Part shown: positions 24,977 to 37,800 of the stretch, one piece after another | Layout: the number at the start of each line of letters is the position of its first letter | How positions within the stretch are numbered: position 1 is the first letter of the stretch | Origin: Phoronis australis | Taxonomy: Eukaryota; Animalia; Phoronida | Direction of reading: 5' to 3' | DNA length: 64,000 bases | Assembly: GCA_002633005.1 (NCBI GenBank) | Contig: NMRA01000137.1 | Coordinates: 186,001-250,000, forward strand | Made by a program: the position numbers and the translations under genes | Notes under the pieces: model-generated | Seen by the model: only the letters and a program-made list of their open reading frames with translations | Told to the model about the DNA's origin: nothing | Database searches by the model: none

Positions 24977-26309
24977 TATTTCATACCTCATGTAAATTCT
25001 GAGTTGTGTTTTTCTGCACAGGTGACGTGAAATTATTCTTTGAGATTACTCAGAGTCATCTGGAAAACAAACTATTCAGTTTAAGAAGCTGTGTTTACCA
25101 AGTCCTTCAATGAAGGCAGTGTATGGACGGTTGTGCCGGGTTATACCGTCCAGCATTTTAATGTTATGCAGGTCCCTCACACTGGACTGTGCATGTCTCA
25201 ATGAACATGGAGGACACAACTTCATATACCGTGTGCTCACCCAAATTGTCTCGAAAGTTCTACTGTTGCTTGTAAATGAGTTTTTATTTCACCCCTGTGG
25301 AGAAGGGTCGCAGAGGCTTGGGCAATACATTGTTGGTGGAGAGGATCAGAGAAGGCCCGGGGAAATGGTTTCACCAAGTTGTATTTGTTTATTCAATTAG
25401 CACCTTTCTATGGCCCGTCAGTGATATGGGATGAGTATCTCTTAAAAAGGTCCACAAAACTTATTTGTGTTTGCCTTATTTTTTCCTACTTGTTTCCTCA
25501 CCTCACAATACCTAATTCATCATACTTATTGTCAACAAATTATCACCACGCTGTCTCATACTCGTTCATTGGAAACAGGTTTAAAACCTACACGCAACTT
25601 CATCACTTCTTTGAGTATCAGTAGCCCGACTGCAGACACGGAGGCTTTGGTGAGTCTGCCCAGGGAGATTTCTTTATTGATGCCCCCTCCCTCAACTCAA
25701 ATGCATGGACCCTTGTTTTAAGAAAAGTAAAAAACAGGAAATGTTAAATAGAAACTACAAATTCGTCACAATTTCATAAAGTTTATTTACATTGATTGGA
25801 TGCGCATCATCAATGTGGATGCCTGGTGCCGTCGCCCCATCTCCCCATTCCCCCTTCTGCACGCTACTGTTGAGTATATAACAACAAAACGGTGCAGGCA
25901 TTTCCCCGGAGGTCCTGTTTTGGGTGAGTCAGTCCGATTTAGAGGACCGGCGGTCATGTTGTTTCTCACCCGTGTATTTCAGTGTAAAAGTAGATACGCT
26001 ACGATGACTATCTTGTTTCATGAACATGGAGAAACAACTCCATAATACCAGGAAGGCAGTACCACATGGCAACTGCTTTGCTTGCCATTCAGTTTTCTTA
26101 GAGTAAGATCTGACCAATCAGATACACACTAATGGTATCCTACGATTCATATTGGAAACTTATGACCTATGAGGTGTGACGTCTCAGACATAGATCAGTG
26201 ACATCTAACGGTCAAAGTAGGAGTATCGTGCTACAGTACGTGCCTGGGAAGAGGCGTCTTTTGTATGGGTAAAACATGTCGGGATCAAAGCATCCCCGCG
26301 CCACTAGTA

Positions 26310-27148
26310 CAGTGGCGGATCTAGGATATCACAAGGGGGGGGCCCAACTTTTTGTCCGGCTGTAAGCATTTCCGTTAACCGAACCACGATTGTAGATGAG
26401 CATTGCACCGAAGTGGGGGGAGGTCGGGAGGGGGGTTTGCCCCCCTCCCGCCCTAGAAATTTTTCTGTTTTTACCTCTAAACATCAAGCATTTTTCTTGA
26501 TTCCTGTAGACAAAAGAGGCAAAAATGAAAAAAAAAACGGAGACCGTATCGAACAGAAAAAAACTGCAAGCACCTGCGCCTCGAACCCACGACCTGGCGG
26601 ACAGGAAGCGCGTGCGTTACCACTAGTCCACCACGACATCACTACAATTCTATCTCTAAGAGACCTTACTTATTTATGGTCCACAGCGTTTGCGCGCGAA
26701 ACTTACTTCTTTTTGCAATGCTTATTACACGTTTTATATTTTGTGCCATCAATTCTTAACAAATTTGTCGTATTTAAAATAGTCTTCAAATACCCAAAAG
26801 ACCAAATCCGTTTTTCGTGTTGGCAATAATGACGGGATTGCTTTGGAAATCGTCTTAAGATAAGGTTTGTCAAAGAGAGTATTGCGAGTTTCTGAGTGAT
26901 TCACTAAGGTTTCGATTAAACACATCTTACCAGCAGCTTCTGTTTTTCATCGTCACTCAGATTCCATTTTCTTTAAAAAATGAAGTAAATTTTCTTCATT
27001 GCACAGTGGAGCAGACGACGGAAACGGAGTCGTAGTGCGCAGCGCNACTCAACATTTCCCTACGCCCTTAACTGTTTTATTTTTTTGCGGCAGCCAAGGG
27101 GGGGGGGGGGGCCCGGGCCCCCTGGGCCCCCCCCTAAATCCGCCTATG
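26310..27148. mobile_element. Non-autonomous DNA transposon, 5-bp TSD (hAT5-like)
   Basis: CAGTGGCGGATCTAG...CTAAATCCGCCTATG; TSD tagta/tagta; second copy at 55097-56059. Confidence 0.8.
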
Positions 27149-28704
27149 TAGTATGCAATCTTCAGGGACCAAAATTATGTCATTTTCTTGGTGAATAGTT
27201 CAACTTTCAAACACAGTGCTTGAATTGCTCTCAAATTGGAAATTTGCTTTGTGAATTACGTTTGAAACACGTCAAAATGCTACAAAACAGTTATCCTTTT
27301 CAAGTAATGCCTTCCTGGTACCGGTAATCACAAACCAAATAAAGAATAATCGAACATCCCTGGAAACCCTTTCTGTTTGAATAAAAAGCGCAAACAATAC
27401 TTTGGGCTCGATAATTGATATGTAAATGTGCTATTTATACATTGCCCGGCAGTAAAAACGTAAATACTTGCAGAACGAAATGTTTCCATTTTAATGTCGT
27501 CTTTCGTTTGACAAAACACTTTCTGAAGTGGTGAAAAAGAAGGAAAGAGCGTCTTAAAATACTTCCTCACCGAAGAGATGCTGCGATTTGAGATCGGTTG
27601 TAAGACCCCAGAAAATTGTCCAACTTTGACTAAATTCGGAGTATCATATCCTAGAAATTACTCACTGGATTCCAATAAATCTTTCCGATACTGTGCTCTA
27701 TGCACTGTTCTCTAAAGCTTTTTCAGGAATTGTTTTTAAAATGTCCCACTTTTGCATGAGGAACTATCAAAAATAGGGCTTTTGCAATAAGTTAGAAAAG
27801 TAACAGCATTTTTTTAGATTTTACCTGGAACATTTACATGAAACAACTTTGATCATGCTTTTGACACCGTTGATTTACTATGATTGTACCTTTCATTTTA
27901 GCCAATTTTTACTCAAGATATGACCACGTGACTCAGTCAGCTGAGTATTAGTGCCAAGTCAAAATCAGAAGTTTTGTTTGGTAGGCCACTGCCCACATTT
28001 TCAAGCACGTCACTCGTATGAAAACCATGACCTCATGATCTCCATCTATATTTCGCGAAGATCATTGTAATCTCGCGAAACTCGTAAAAACTAACCTTGC
28101 AGAACGAAACCCAGACACATGCACAATTGATGGACAACTGTGAATCCTTGTTATTTGTTTTTCTAACTATTCAAGATGAGGCTGATGTTTTTTTCTTGTG
28201 TCACGATGGCCCTCGAGTAGCAACCGGTTTTGGGGTCCCTCGTTGAACATTTTCGTTTTCTCAGCTCAAAGACACCATTTGCCTCTGTTTTTAACATTGT
28301 TGTACATTTCATTACTCTCACCAATCAAGAACACAGAACCCTTCCGTTAATTACAGACACTGTATTTATCCACGTTTTACACTAAAATTTCCCAAGTGCA
28401 TAAAATTCGTTGGTATATAAAAAATTTCAATATTTTCGAAATTCCAGTTATTTTGAAATGAATTTCATGTTTTGTTGAGAAAGCAGCTTTTGGGAATATC
28501 ACATGAGACAGATCTCTAAGCTGACTCAAACTTGTGGAACTGCTGCACTAACACATCCTGTCCACCCCTGACGTCATTAAATTATGAACATCGGTGAATT
28601 AGATATAAAATTCACACGTGGCTCAACGCAAACCACCGACTCCCAGCATCCAGTCTCTTTTGGATTTCTGCAGTCCGTTTACAGTCACCATGTTGCTAAC
28701 GCTA

Positions 28705-28881
28705 TCATAAGATGTTGCATGTTTTGCTTTTCGCGTTTGACAGTTCGCTGCCTTTCAAGCTACCCTTTTCCATCACCGCGCGTATTCCCTCAGCCGCATG
28801 TAGCACTGCTATGGCAGCGCCATCTACGTTTCCCATTTGAGTGGCAGTCGCTGCTTCTGCCGCTATTTTCGCTGCCGTCAC
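28705..28881 (-). CDS. ROCO last coding exon ending in CaaX (SKTCNIL*)
   Basis: tttttcag|GTG ACG GCA..., 58 aa Ala-rich, ends TGC AAC ATC TTA TGA. Confidence 0.78.
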   Translation of the reverse strand: MTAAKIAAEAATATQMGNVDGAAIAVLHAAEGIRAVMEKGSLKGSELSNAKSKTCNIL

Positions 28882-31800
28882 CTGAAAAAAGGATGTACAA
28901 CTTTAAGAAACACTGGCTGAGCTTTTCTGTTTACGCACGTTCCGGCTGGTCGAGCGACTAACTATCTAATTGGCCTGTAAGCCGAAAGTCGTCATCGAGA
29001 ACCAGTTGAATCAAATGCCGCAGCCGACTGATCCGGCGCCGCGGCAATCGGCGACTTTAAGCAAATGCAACAATAGCCAGTTATTCTTGATGTGAGGTCA
29101 GGGTTACGTTATGTAACCCAAGACACGCGCAATATATCCAAAAACGCAACAAATCTTGGGATATAGAACATAGTGTGTATTTTTGCAACTCATCCCAACA
29201 TTATAAACATTCCCTCCACGCCGTCAAATCACTAGGCCCACAATGAACAGACGGCCATTTTTCTACTCTATGCAGTATGGTCGCAATTCCGCCTTTCAAT
29301 AACACGTCATTGTGTGATTTTGAAAACTTCGCAAGAAACTCATCTTACGGAACGCACACCATGCTGATTATTCACTCTTAACTGGAAACTCGTTTGCAAA
29401 GCAACACAGTGATTAACTATACCTGTCTTCTGATAGAGTACCGAGAACACATTTCTAAGTACCCACCCCTACTGTTGTATGGTAAAATAACGAGAACATA
29501 CTTCTACATCGTAGTTCCAGTTACACCGCCGAAGAATACGTTTGACTTGATGCAAAATTAATATGGTACATTGGAACATAGCTCAACGTTTTGCATCAAA
29601 GCAAAATTGTTGTTTTCGTCACCACAAGGAGTCATTCAGACGATACAGTACAATATGGCCTGACTGTAACAGGTGAGCATACAATATTTCTCATTGTTGG
29701 CGTAAATTTTAACATTTGTGCGGAAAATGTCGCGCAATTAAGGTTTTAGAAAATCCCTAGAAGCCTTTCTTTCTTAAAATCACATCAGATCCGAAATTAA
29801 ATACAAACCTGTGCCTCAGTAACCCTGTGTGTCCTTTGATGGTTGTCTTCGTATGCCAGCTCGATATACTCTGCGACAGCTTTTGCCAAGATGGCCGCCA
29901 CAAAAGCCGAAGCAATTTTGCTTGCCGCTTTTATTTCCTCATCTTCACTCAGCATTTTTGCCTGGTATCGCTCGTCATTTCCAGTCTGCGCCACCATATT
30001 CTCATTTTTATGTTCATGGGGCTGTGGTGACAACGCCTCCTGGTGGTTAACGGACAGGAATGTTTTATTGCATTTCGTCTGACTAAAACGATTAGCGCTG
30101 TCTTGCCCGTTTTGGCGATTCATTTCTGTAGTACCATCCGAAGTTTCAATGCTGATCACAGGAAGGCCAGACTTAACTGATTTGACTCCGTCTCTTTTGT
30201 TGTTGATGATGCTGCCGTTGGTGGCGCTGATGCTGTTTTCTGCGCTGTTGTTGTTTAGGTTCCACGTAACAAGCAAACCCTGTAAGTTTAGCAAAAATGA
30301 ATCTGACAACGTTTGGCTGATGACAACGGGTAATGGTCGGGTATAGCGTGCCTGCATTTTGAGAACCAGTTTTTTCCACTAGACAACGGGCATCAAACTG
30401 GTTCTCAAAATATGGACACGTTATATCCGACTATTGCCTGTCAACGGGCATAAGTTGACAAGACCTTTCTCAACACTTTGGAACCTAGCGTAGACTTTAT
30501 TGGGGGTTCCATTTCACGACATTCATCTCCAAGTGCCCTCATTTTCGTGGGACCCACATAGCACCCACACATCTCACCTAGAGGGCGGACCTGCCCTGCA
30601 GGCGCCCAAACGATAAAAAAACTTCTTGCACCACTGCAAGTTGCGTTGGCATCAACTATTTCGACATTTTTGTTTTACTGGGATGTGGAAGAGTTTTTCA
30701 CAGATGAACCGGTCTAAAATCTTATGAACAATTTAGAAGAACATAATCTAACATTTAAATCAAAATCAAAAATTGAATGAAATGCAGTAGCTAAAAAGCA
30801 CGCTATCCCAATTTCTTGCAATATGCTTTTAACAAATTCTTACACAAAGTAGTTCGAACGAGGCCTACGAAATAGTAAAATTCTGTCATTGATTGTAAGG
30901 GGTTCCATCATAATAAGCGAAGCTATTCAAAAAATTTTGATGAAAGATTTGACATTGTTATCATTAACTTACAATGTATCACACGTTGGACAACATATCG
31001 ACAGTGACAACTGATTAAACGAGGCTTACCGTTTTCTTGGAAGCTTAATTAATCAGACCACGTTATCTGACTGTGTTTAAAATGACATCATCTCTAGTTT
31101 AGCCCAATGTAACGTGTCATTTACGCCCACATCCGTTGAATTTTTGAAATCAAAAAAACGCTCCGTGGTTCTCGTTAACTCTTAAAAGCTTGGAGCAAGT
31201 TTGAAAAGTCTTTACATAGTCTTCTAAACAGGCAATCATTACTAACGCTGTGGGGTCACTTAAGTCACGGCAGCGGGGAATGACTGCTAATCAAGGGTGC
31301 CACAATAAAAAACGTGTTTTAGCGAAATCATGATTTTATCTCACACCGGATGTGCAATTACGCAATAGCTGATGGAGAATCAGTTTTATGTGAAGCTGTG
31401 GAAAAGGGGTTCACCACATTTCCAACAACCATTCCGATGGTGGAGGCTAACGACAAATGCTGCTCACTAGCATCCTTTGAAAATGACACAACATAGGAAG
31501 CCATGCAACGACAAACGCCGCTTACCTTTTTCTTAGACGATTTTAGCTTCGTTTGTGTCAATGGTTTGGTGATTTTTGGAAGAACCTTTGGTAGTACTGT
31601 TGTCTGCTGACAGCATATATGACGTATCCAGGCACTCAGGTTTTGATCAGGAGTATCTGCAAAATATACCAGATGAAATTAAACATTTCCTTCCTACGTA
31701 CTGAGTACGAAATTCACACAATAACCGTATTAACCCTATCAAACTTGACTGATATTCGTTATCGTCATCATGGTATTGATTTGCACGTCACATACTCATT

Positions 31801-34800
31801 AGCATAACATCACTCTGATTTTGTGGAACTTATCAACAACGCGGCGTATTAGCAGGGAAATTTTCTCATTAGAAGGCATCATTTCTACGCTCAGCAAAAA
31901 GCTTCAAGATTCTATCCTGCTCAACAATAATTCCCAAAATGTTTTTTCGGCCGAAAAATTTAGTATGTCCATTCAGTAATACCAACGCAGTAGTTCCATA
32001 GAGCGATGACATAAAAACTTGTCAAAATGAGAATGGCAAGATACATCGTTCTTTACTTGTCGGGCTCAGTTGAGAAGTATGAATGAGCACAGATTTTCAA
32101 AAACAAAAACAAAAAAACGTCCACCCGTATCAATGTCAGCCATGGTCTCGTGCTTATTGTCTTGAAAAACTGCACAATGGCACATATGCATGGGAAAGCA
32201 AGGTTTGAAACGCCATGAGTAAAAAAATCCCGCACCATTTTACTCATCTCAGGTGAATTACATTATCTTGAAAAAATGAGCTACTGAAAAAATGGCACAT
32301 CACCGACTAGATTTTCCAAAAACTCAGAGACTAGAACCAACAACGCCTAGTGGAATTTTCAACATCTTCAAAAGTGGAGACTTGAATTCGGAAGGTGGCG
32401 AATGAATTCAAGTGTCCAGATTTGGACGAGTTGGTCAGCTCCGGCGAAAGCGATGAATTTGGAAATCATTTTTACCTGCCTTTGCCCTAGACGATATTTT
32501 CACTGGACGCAGAATATTTTCTATTATCACGACGCAACGCTTCTGACACATCATTTATGGATAAGTTATTTATTTTGCAGTCAGAGTCTGCATATATAAT
32601 TTGAAATTTAGACAGTGAAAGCTGGGGGAATGTCCGTTTTATTTCTAATAGAACAACAAAAACAACCGATTCTGCTGTTTTATATCTCTGATCAAACTAA
32701 CAAACCCAGAAGTCTATTCTACCTAGCAACAATCCTAAAATGCGTTTTTCGGCGCCCAAACCGACTGAGTTCCCTGTTCACAGAACAGTGTAACGCGGTT
32801 CACATAAATACCATCAAGGACGCAGTAGAGTGGCTGCACTGCTTATGGGAAGATCTACTATTTTTGCGAGTGCGGTATTGCAGTCCACGGCGGGCAATAG
32901 AGACTAAATACTCACTTTAATATTATCAGATATGAAATCCCCTATAATTTCTAGTGAACTTAATTTCTAATCAAATATTTACGACATTGCATTACGATAA
33001 GTGATGAATAGATGTACCTAGAAGCACGCATAGCCAAGCAAAAAGCATTTCTGCCCGGCAACGATTCCATAAACGTTGAATTGTTCCGTTAATCTCATGC
33101 GCACACCCAGAGGGGGCGGAGGGCTCGGGGGGCTAGAACGAGCCCCCCATTTGGTGAAGTGGGCGCAGTGGTGCGCCCGCTTTTTAATTTTTTAGTCCCT
33201 CAGCTATTTTGTTACCAAAAGGTCCACAACTTTAGGGATTCGAACCCCCCACCAGAAGGCTGGGTGCGCGCATGAATTTACACTTACTAAAGAACTGCTC
33301 ACCAATAAGAAATGTATTCTGAGCTCCCGAGTCACGATCTGAGCTTTAATTACGCTTTCCGCATGCGAGAGGACTTCCGGGTAACAAAAACAGGACAGCG
33401 AACTGCTACGGCGCATTCGAGAGTGCCTGGTAGCATCACAGATATAATATGTTTTAACTCGAGCCCAAGTTCTTACCTGTGAAACGTATCAGGGTGGTCA
33501 GGTCTAGTTCCCCGGTTCCGTTAATATCGGTGAAGTTGAACACATCGCCCCCTGTCAACTTCGAAAGACATTCGTTCAATGGGAAGTAACTACTCGATTC
33601 TCGCCGAGTCCCGTTGAAAAACAACTCTCCATACGGCGAAAGATATATCTAAAATAGAAAACAGTATTCTGACATTCGTTTAGTGAAGCTACCTCAGTGG
33701 AAACTTCATTTACAGCCGAAGTGTATTCTAATTGGTCGAAAGAACGGAGTTTGAGGTAAACTTTCCCTTTACGCAGAGTGATATTTAAGAAAATGTCGTA
33801 AACTAGAAGCACTGCAATTTCGACTGTAACTTCGTACAGGATACATGTATTGTGACGGCGATTTTCATTGGAAGTTAATAGGCTTCTCTTAGCCAGGAAG
33901 TTAAAGTGGTGCTTGACTAACGACAGAAAATATCCGCTATGTGGAAGTCATGTTAATTATTGAGAAATCATAGAAATCGGAAAGGACAATGATATTATTT
34001 GAAGAAAATAGGATGAAACTGATCTGTACCATATCCGACCAGAAGGCCCGTGCAGGAGGCAATCCTGATATTGCATGTCCCTAATTCACGATTTTAAATT
34101 TTTAAATATAAAACTCACGCAAAAATAGGGCCGCGGGGAGGAAGAATACAAAATAGACGTTAAAATATCAAGACTAAGGTGACAATTGCCAGTATGTAAA
34201 AGTGAAAAGGCGTTTTCCTTGCAACAAAGTAATTAAATCACATCATTTTTTGGCCAAAGTACGATTAGAAAACGGACAATTGCCGCACAAATAAAGAAAT
34301 TCATGATAACTCAGCGTTTCGTCTTATTCAACAAGACATCATCAGGATATGTACTGTGGGACAACAAGAGTCGATTACCATTTAAGTCATATCCATGAGG
34401 TGAAATGAGAGTGAGAGATACAGGGAAAGTATGTAGGTTATTACCATAGTTGCAGGGTCACTGAGCTCTGCAGGTTTTTGAGAGAATCAGTAGAATGCTG
34501 ATCCTGAAAGGCCAATGACTCCTTGATATACAGTAATTCCTTAGCAGGTTCTTTACATATAATACTGGCTTGATGGTTGTTGCTAATACAATGCCTATAA
34601 ATGTTACTTTTGTCGACATGCAGAGCTCAGTGACCCTGCAACTATGGTAATGACGTACTTACTTTCCCTGTATGGCTCACTCTCCTTTCACCTCATGGAT
34701 ATGACTTAAATGGTAATCGACATTTGTTGTCCCTCTGTACATATCCTGATGATGTCTTGTTGAATAAGACGAAACGTTCCGTTTTTTCAGTCCAACGACA

Positions 34801-37800
34801 GATTCCCTGAGCAGAAGGTATACATGTACATCATCAGCACCCGCAACTTCCGGGCCGCCTGCTTGCATACAATCGCGCTTTGCCGCTTCTCCGAGGATGT
34901 CGGCCCCCCCTCATGGTATCCTAGATCAGCCACTGAAAATGCTACTTGAGACAGAGCTATGAGAGCTTGCAACAGGGCGGGTGCTATTGTTGGTGATCGG
35001 GAGGTCAGTAGATTTTTCACTGACCCGTCACTCGGCGAAACGTTCCCCTCTCAGAAGGCCGCACAGGCACCTTTCCCGTCGGATATGAACGAGGCCTCTG
35101 AAGAAACTTGATAACTGTGCTTGTTCCAGGGGGGATCCAGGACTTTGAGTGGGGGGGGCAAGGCAGAGTATTAGCCAGGATTTTGCCCGTCAGACATTCG
35201 CGCTCCTGAACTGCCAAATGGAATCTGGGATAATTTTAGGGGGCATGGCCCTCTTGGCTCCCTTCTAAACCCGCCACTGTGTTCTGTCCAGTTAACTGAA
35301 ATTGAGCTCTAAAACGAGGTTATGTCTTGGACGAAAGAATTAAGTGTTTTAATTTTAAAATTCAACTTGGTCGAGATTGATATTTGAAAAATATAACACA
35401 TGAAATGGACGTAATTATTAAAACCAAGAAAGCAGAATTGATGGTCATATAATTTTTAATTTCAATTGCGAGCCTGGTTTTTTATCGTAATCAAAATACA
35501 TATTTAATAACATCAAGTATTATTTCAGATCAATGACAAATCAAATGTTAGTCCCGGTAGTGCCTACCTCACCAGGACATAGGCTATGCTTGAAGCTAAT
35601 AAGCCTACTCTTGATCAACAAATTAAACCAGGGCCCAGTTGCATAAAAGTTATACGCCGCATAGCAACAATGACGTCGCATGATCACGCGCCACGTTGTT
35701 ATTGTTGAACAATGCACCTGGCGTCATGCAACAATTGAACTTATCCAGCGGCTAACTTTTGAAGCTTTATGCAACTCGGCCCAGATGTGACTAATTGCAC
35801 ATGACAGCAAAATGCTATGAGCCACCATGTCGAATATATCTTCAACTCGTCAACAATACGACCAGATGACCTGGTTCGTTTAGGTAGCATTTTTATCAAG
35901 AATTTATTAGAAGAAACGTAACCCTTCATTCAGCATGATACCTAATCCGTAACACTACGATCGCCGCAATTTGGTCATGTTTACTTTTCATGTTTCGAAC
36001 CTAGTTTTTCGGAAAAAAAACTAAATTATATCTTTTCGCCAGACAATTCTTTGGTGCATTGACTTGTTCTTTAATTGTATTTTTCTGTGTTTCTGTGGTT
36101 AATTATTGACACATTTTTTAAGATTTAATATTCAGGTTGGACTCCAAAGACCGGCCATTTAACTCACGCAATGTTAATTTCCGCTTTGTTTATCGCGGTG
36201 AGCCTCGCTTTGGATTTTAATGTCCGCCGCGTAAATTGGGTCTATAGTGCGATGAAACCTTACGAGTTACGTATGCACGTACTGGAGGCGTGCATGTACA
36301 AATGGTAAACAACGAACTCTGTGATGCAGAGAGATTAGCCAAACGTATCCTAGCCGACAGTGCAATGCCAAGTGACTATCACAGAAAAGGAAAATCACTC
36401 GACGTTACATTGACGAAGTCATTTCTTGCCAAAACGTTTGTTTTTTGGATAGAATTTACCGGATTACGTCCGAGTTGTAATTACGAAATTAAAACCTTTC
36501 GGCCTGAAGATTTGGCGTTTGAAAGTTTTTATTCACACATTAGTGATACCTGACACCACACGGTGAATAATTGCACATTTATTAGATTTTACGGAAGCCT
36601 CACCTTATATATCAACCCAGGGTATCTCCTGAGGAATTCTAACAGCGGGTGCAGGAACGTAGCCAGTAAAACCCAACAAAGATCAATGGAGCCGAAGACG
36701 TCGTCACCTTCTTCCTCGTTCACACGCGCTATGATGTCGAAGGAATTGCCCTCAAAGGAGACATGGACCCATGACTGCAAAATTAATTATGAAAAATGAG
36801 TTACTTGTGTCAAGAATAAAATGCGTATAGGAGAAGTCATTATGTCACTTCATTCGCTGGGTAGCAACAATGACGTCGCACTATCACTCGTTGCTGTTAT
36901 TGACCAAAGTACATGTAGATGACGTCATGCAACAATCAAACTGTGGACATTTTTTTTCTAAGTTTTACACAACCCAGCGCTGACGTTTTAATAGTGTGTT
37001 ATTGAGTGATCATTTACTACTCAAAATTTAATATTCTCGGGAACCTGCTGGCTGCAAGTATAAGAAACACAATTATTTTTGTAAAAAGAAAAATACAGAA
37101 GTTTACTTTATAAAAAGAATAAATAAACATGTGAAGACCGGTGAGCTTATAAGGTTTACAATTTTGTAAAAACCGAACATCCCGAAAGATGCGCTCATCT
37201 GCTTTTATCTTTTTATTGATAAGGGTGCTTGCTTTTAATACCCTTATTACAAGAAATGGTGCATAGTTAAATTATATTTTGGAGACTTTTATATGTAAAC
37301 GTATGCCAAGTTAGTTGAGGGGCGCTGAGTTTTAGCATTTGCTTTAATTATCTTGAGCTTAATTACGCAATATCGTCAGTGTTTTAACGTCATAGCCAAT
37401 TTATTATACGCAGATAGCCTCTTACTCGCAGAAAGAAAACAACAGAAAATCCAGACCGTTTCAAATATTGCTCCATGGGCGGATCTACAATTTTAGGAAA
37501 GAGATTATTAAACCAGCGACGCCGCTTTGTTATTCTAGCGGCGTTTCTTCCTTTTGGTCGCGGATCGCTCCCAAAATGGGAACACCCTGAACCCCTCGTA
37601 AATTCGCCAACGCAATTCACAGGTGGATTAAGCTACTGCTCCGATAAGGTAGGTACCTAAGGTTGTCAATTCAAGGGTAGGGTTGAAAACTCACTAACAT
37701 TTCAATGAAGTCAAGACCACTCTGAGATAACAGAACCAGTGACAATTGCACGTTTCCTTATCCCAGGCTAGCCGAACAACACGAGTGCAGCACTCAAAAA

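Noticed and set aside
25100-26120. Short ORFs between EEA1 and ROCO
   Set aside because: No recognisable domain or exon chain.
26413-26829. 138-aa ORF and its 119-aa paralogue at 55193-55552
   Set aside because: Inside non-autonomous MITE copies; frames shift between copies; no domain.
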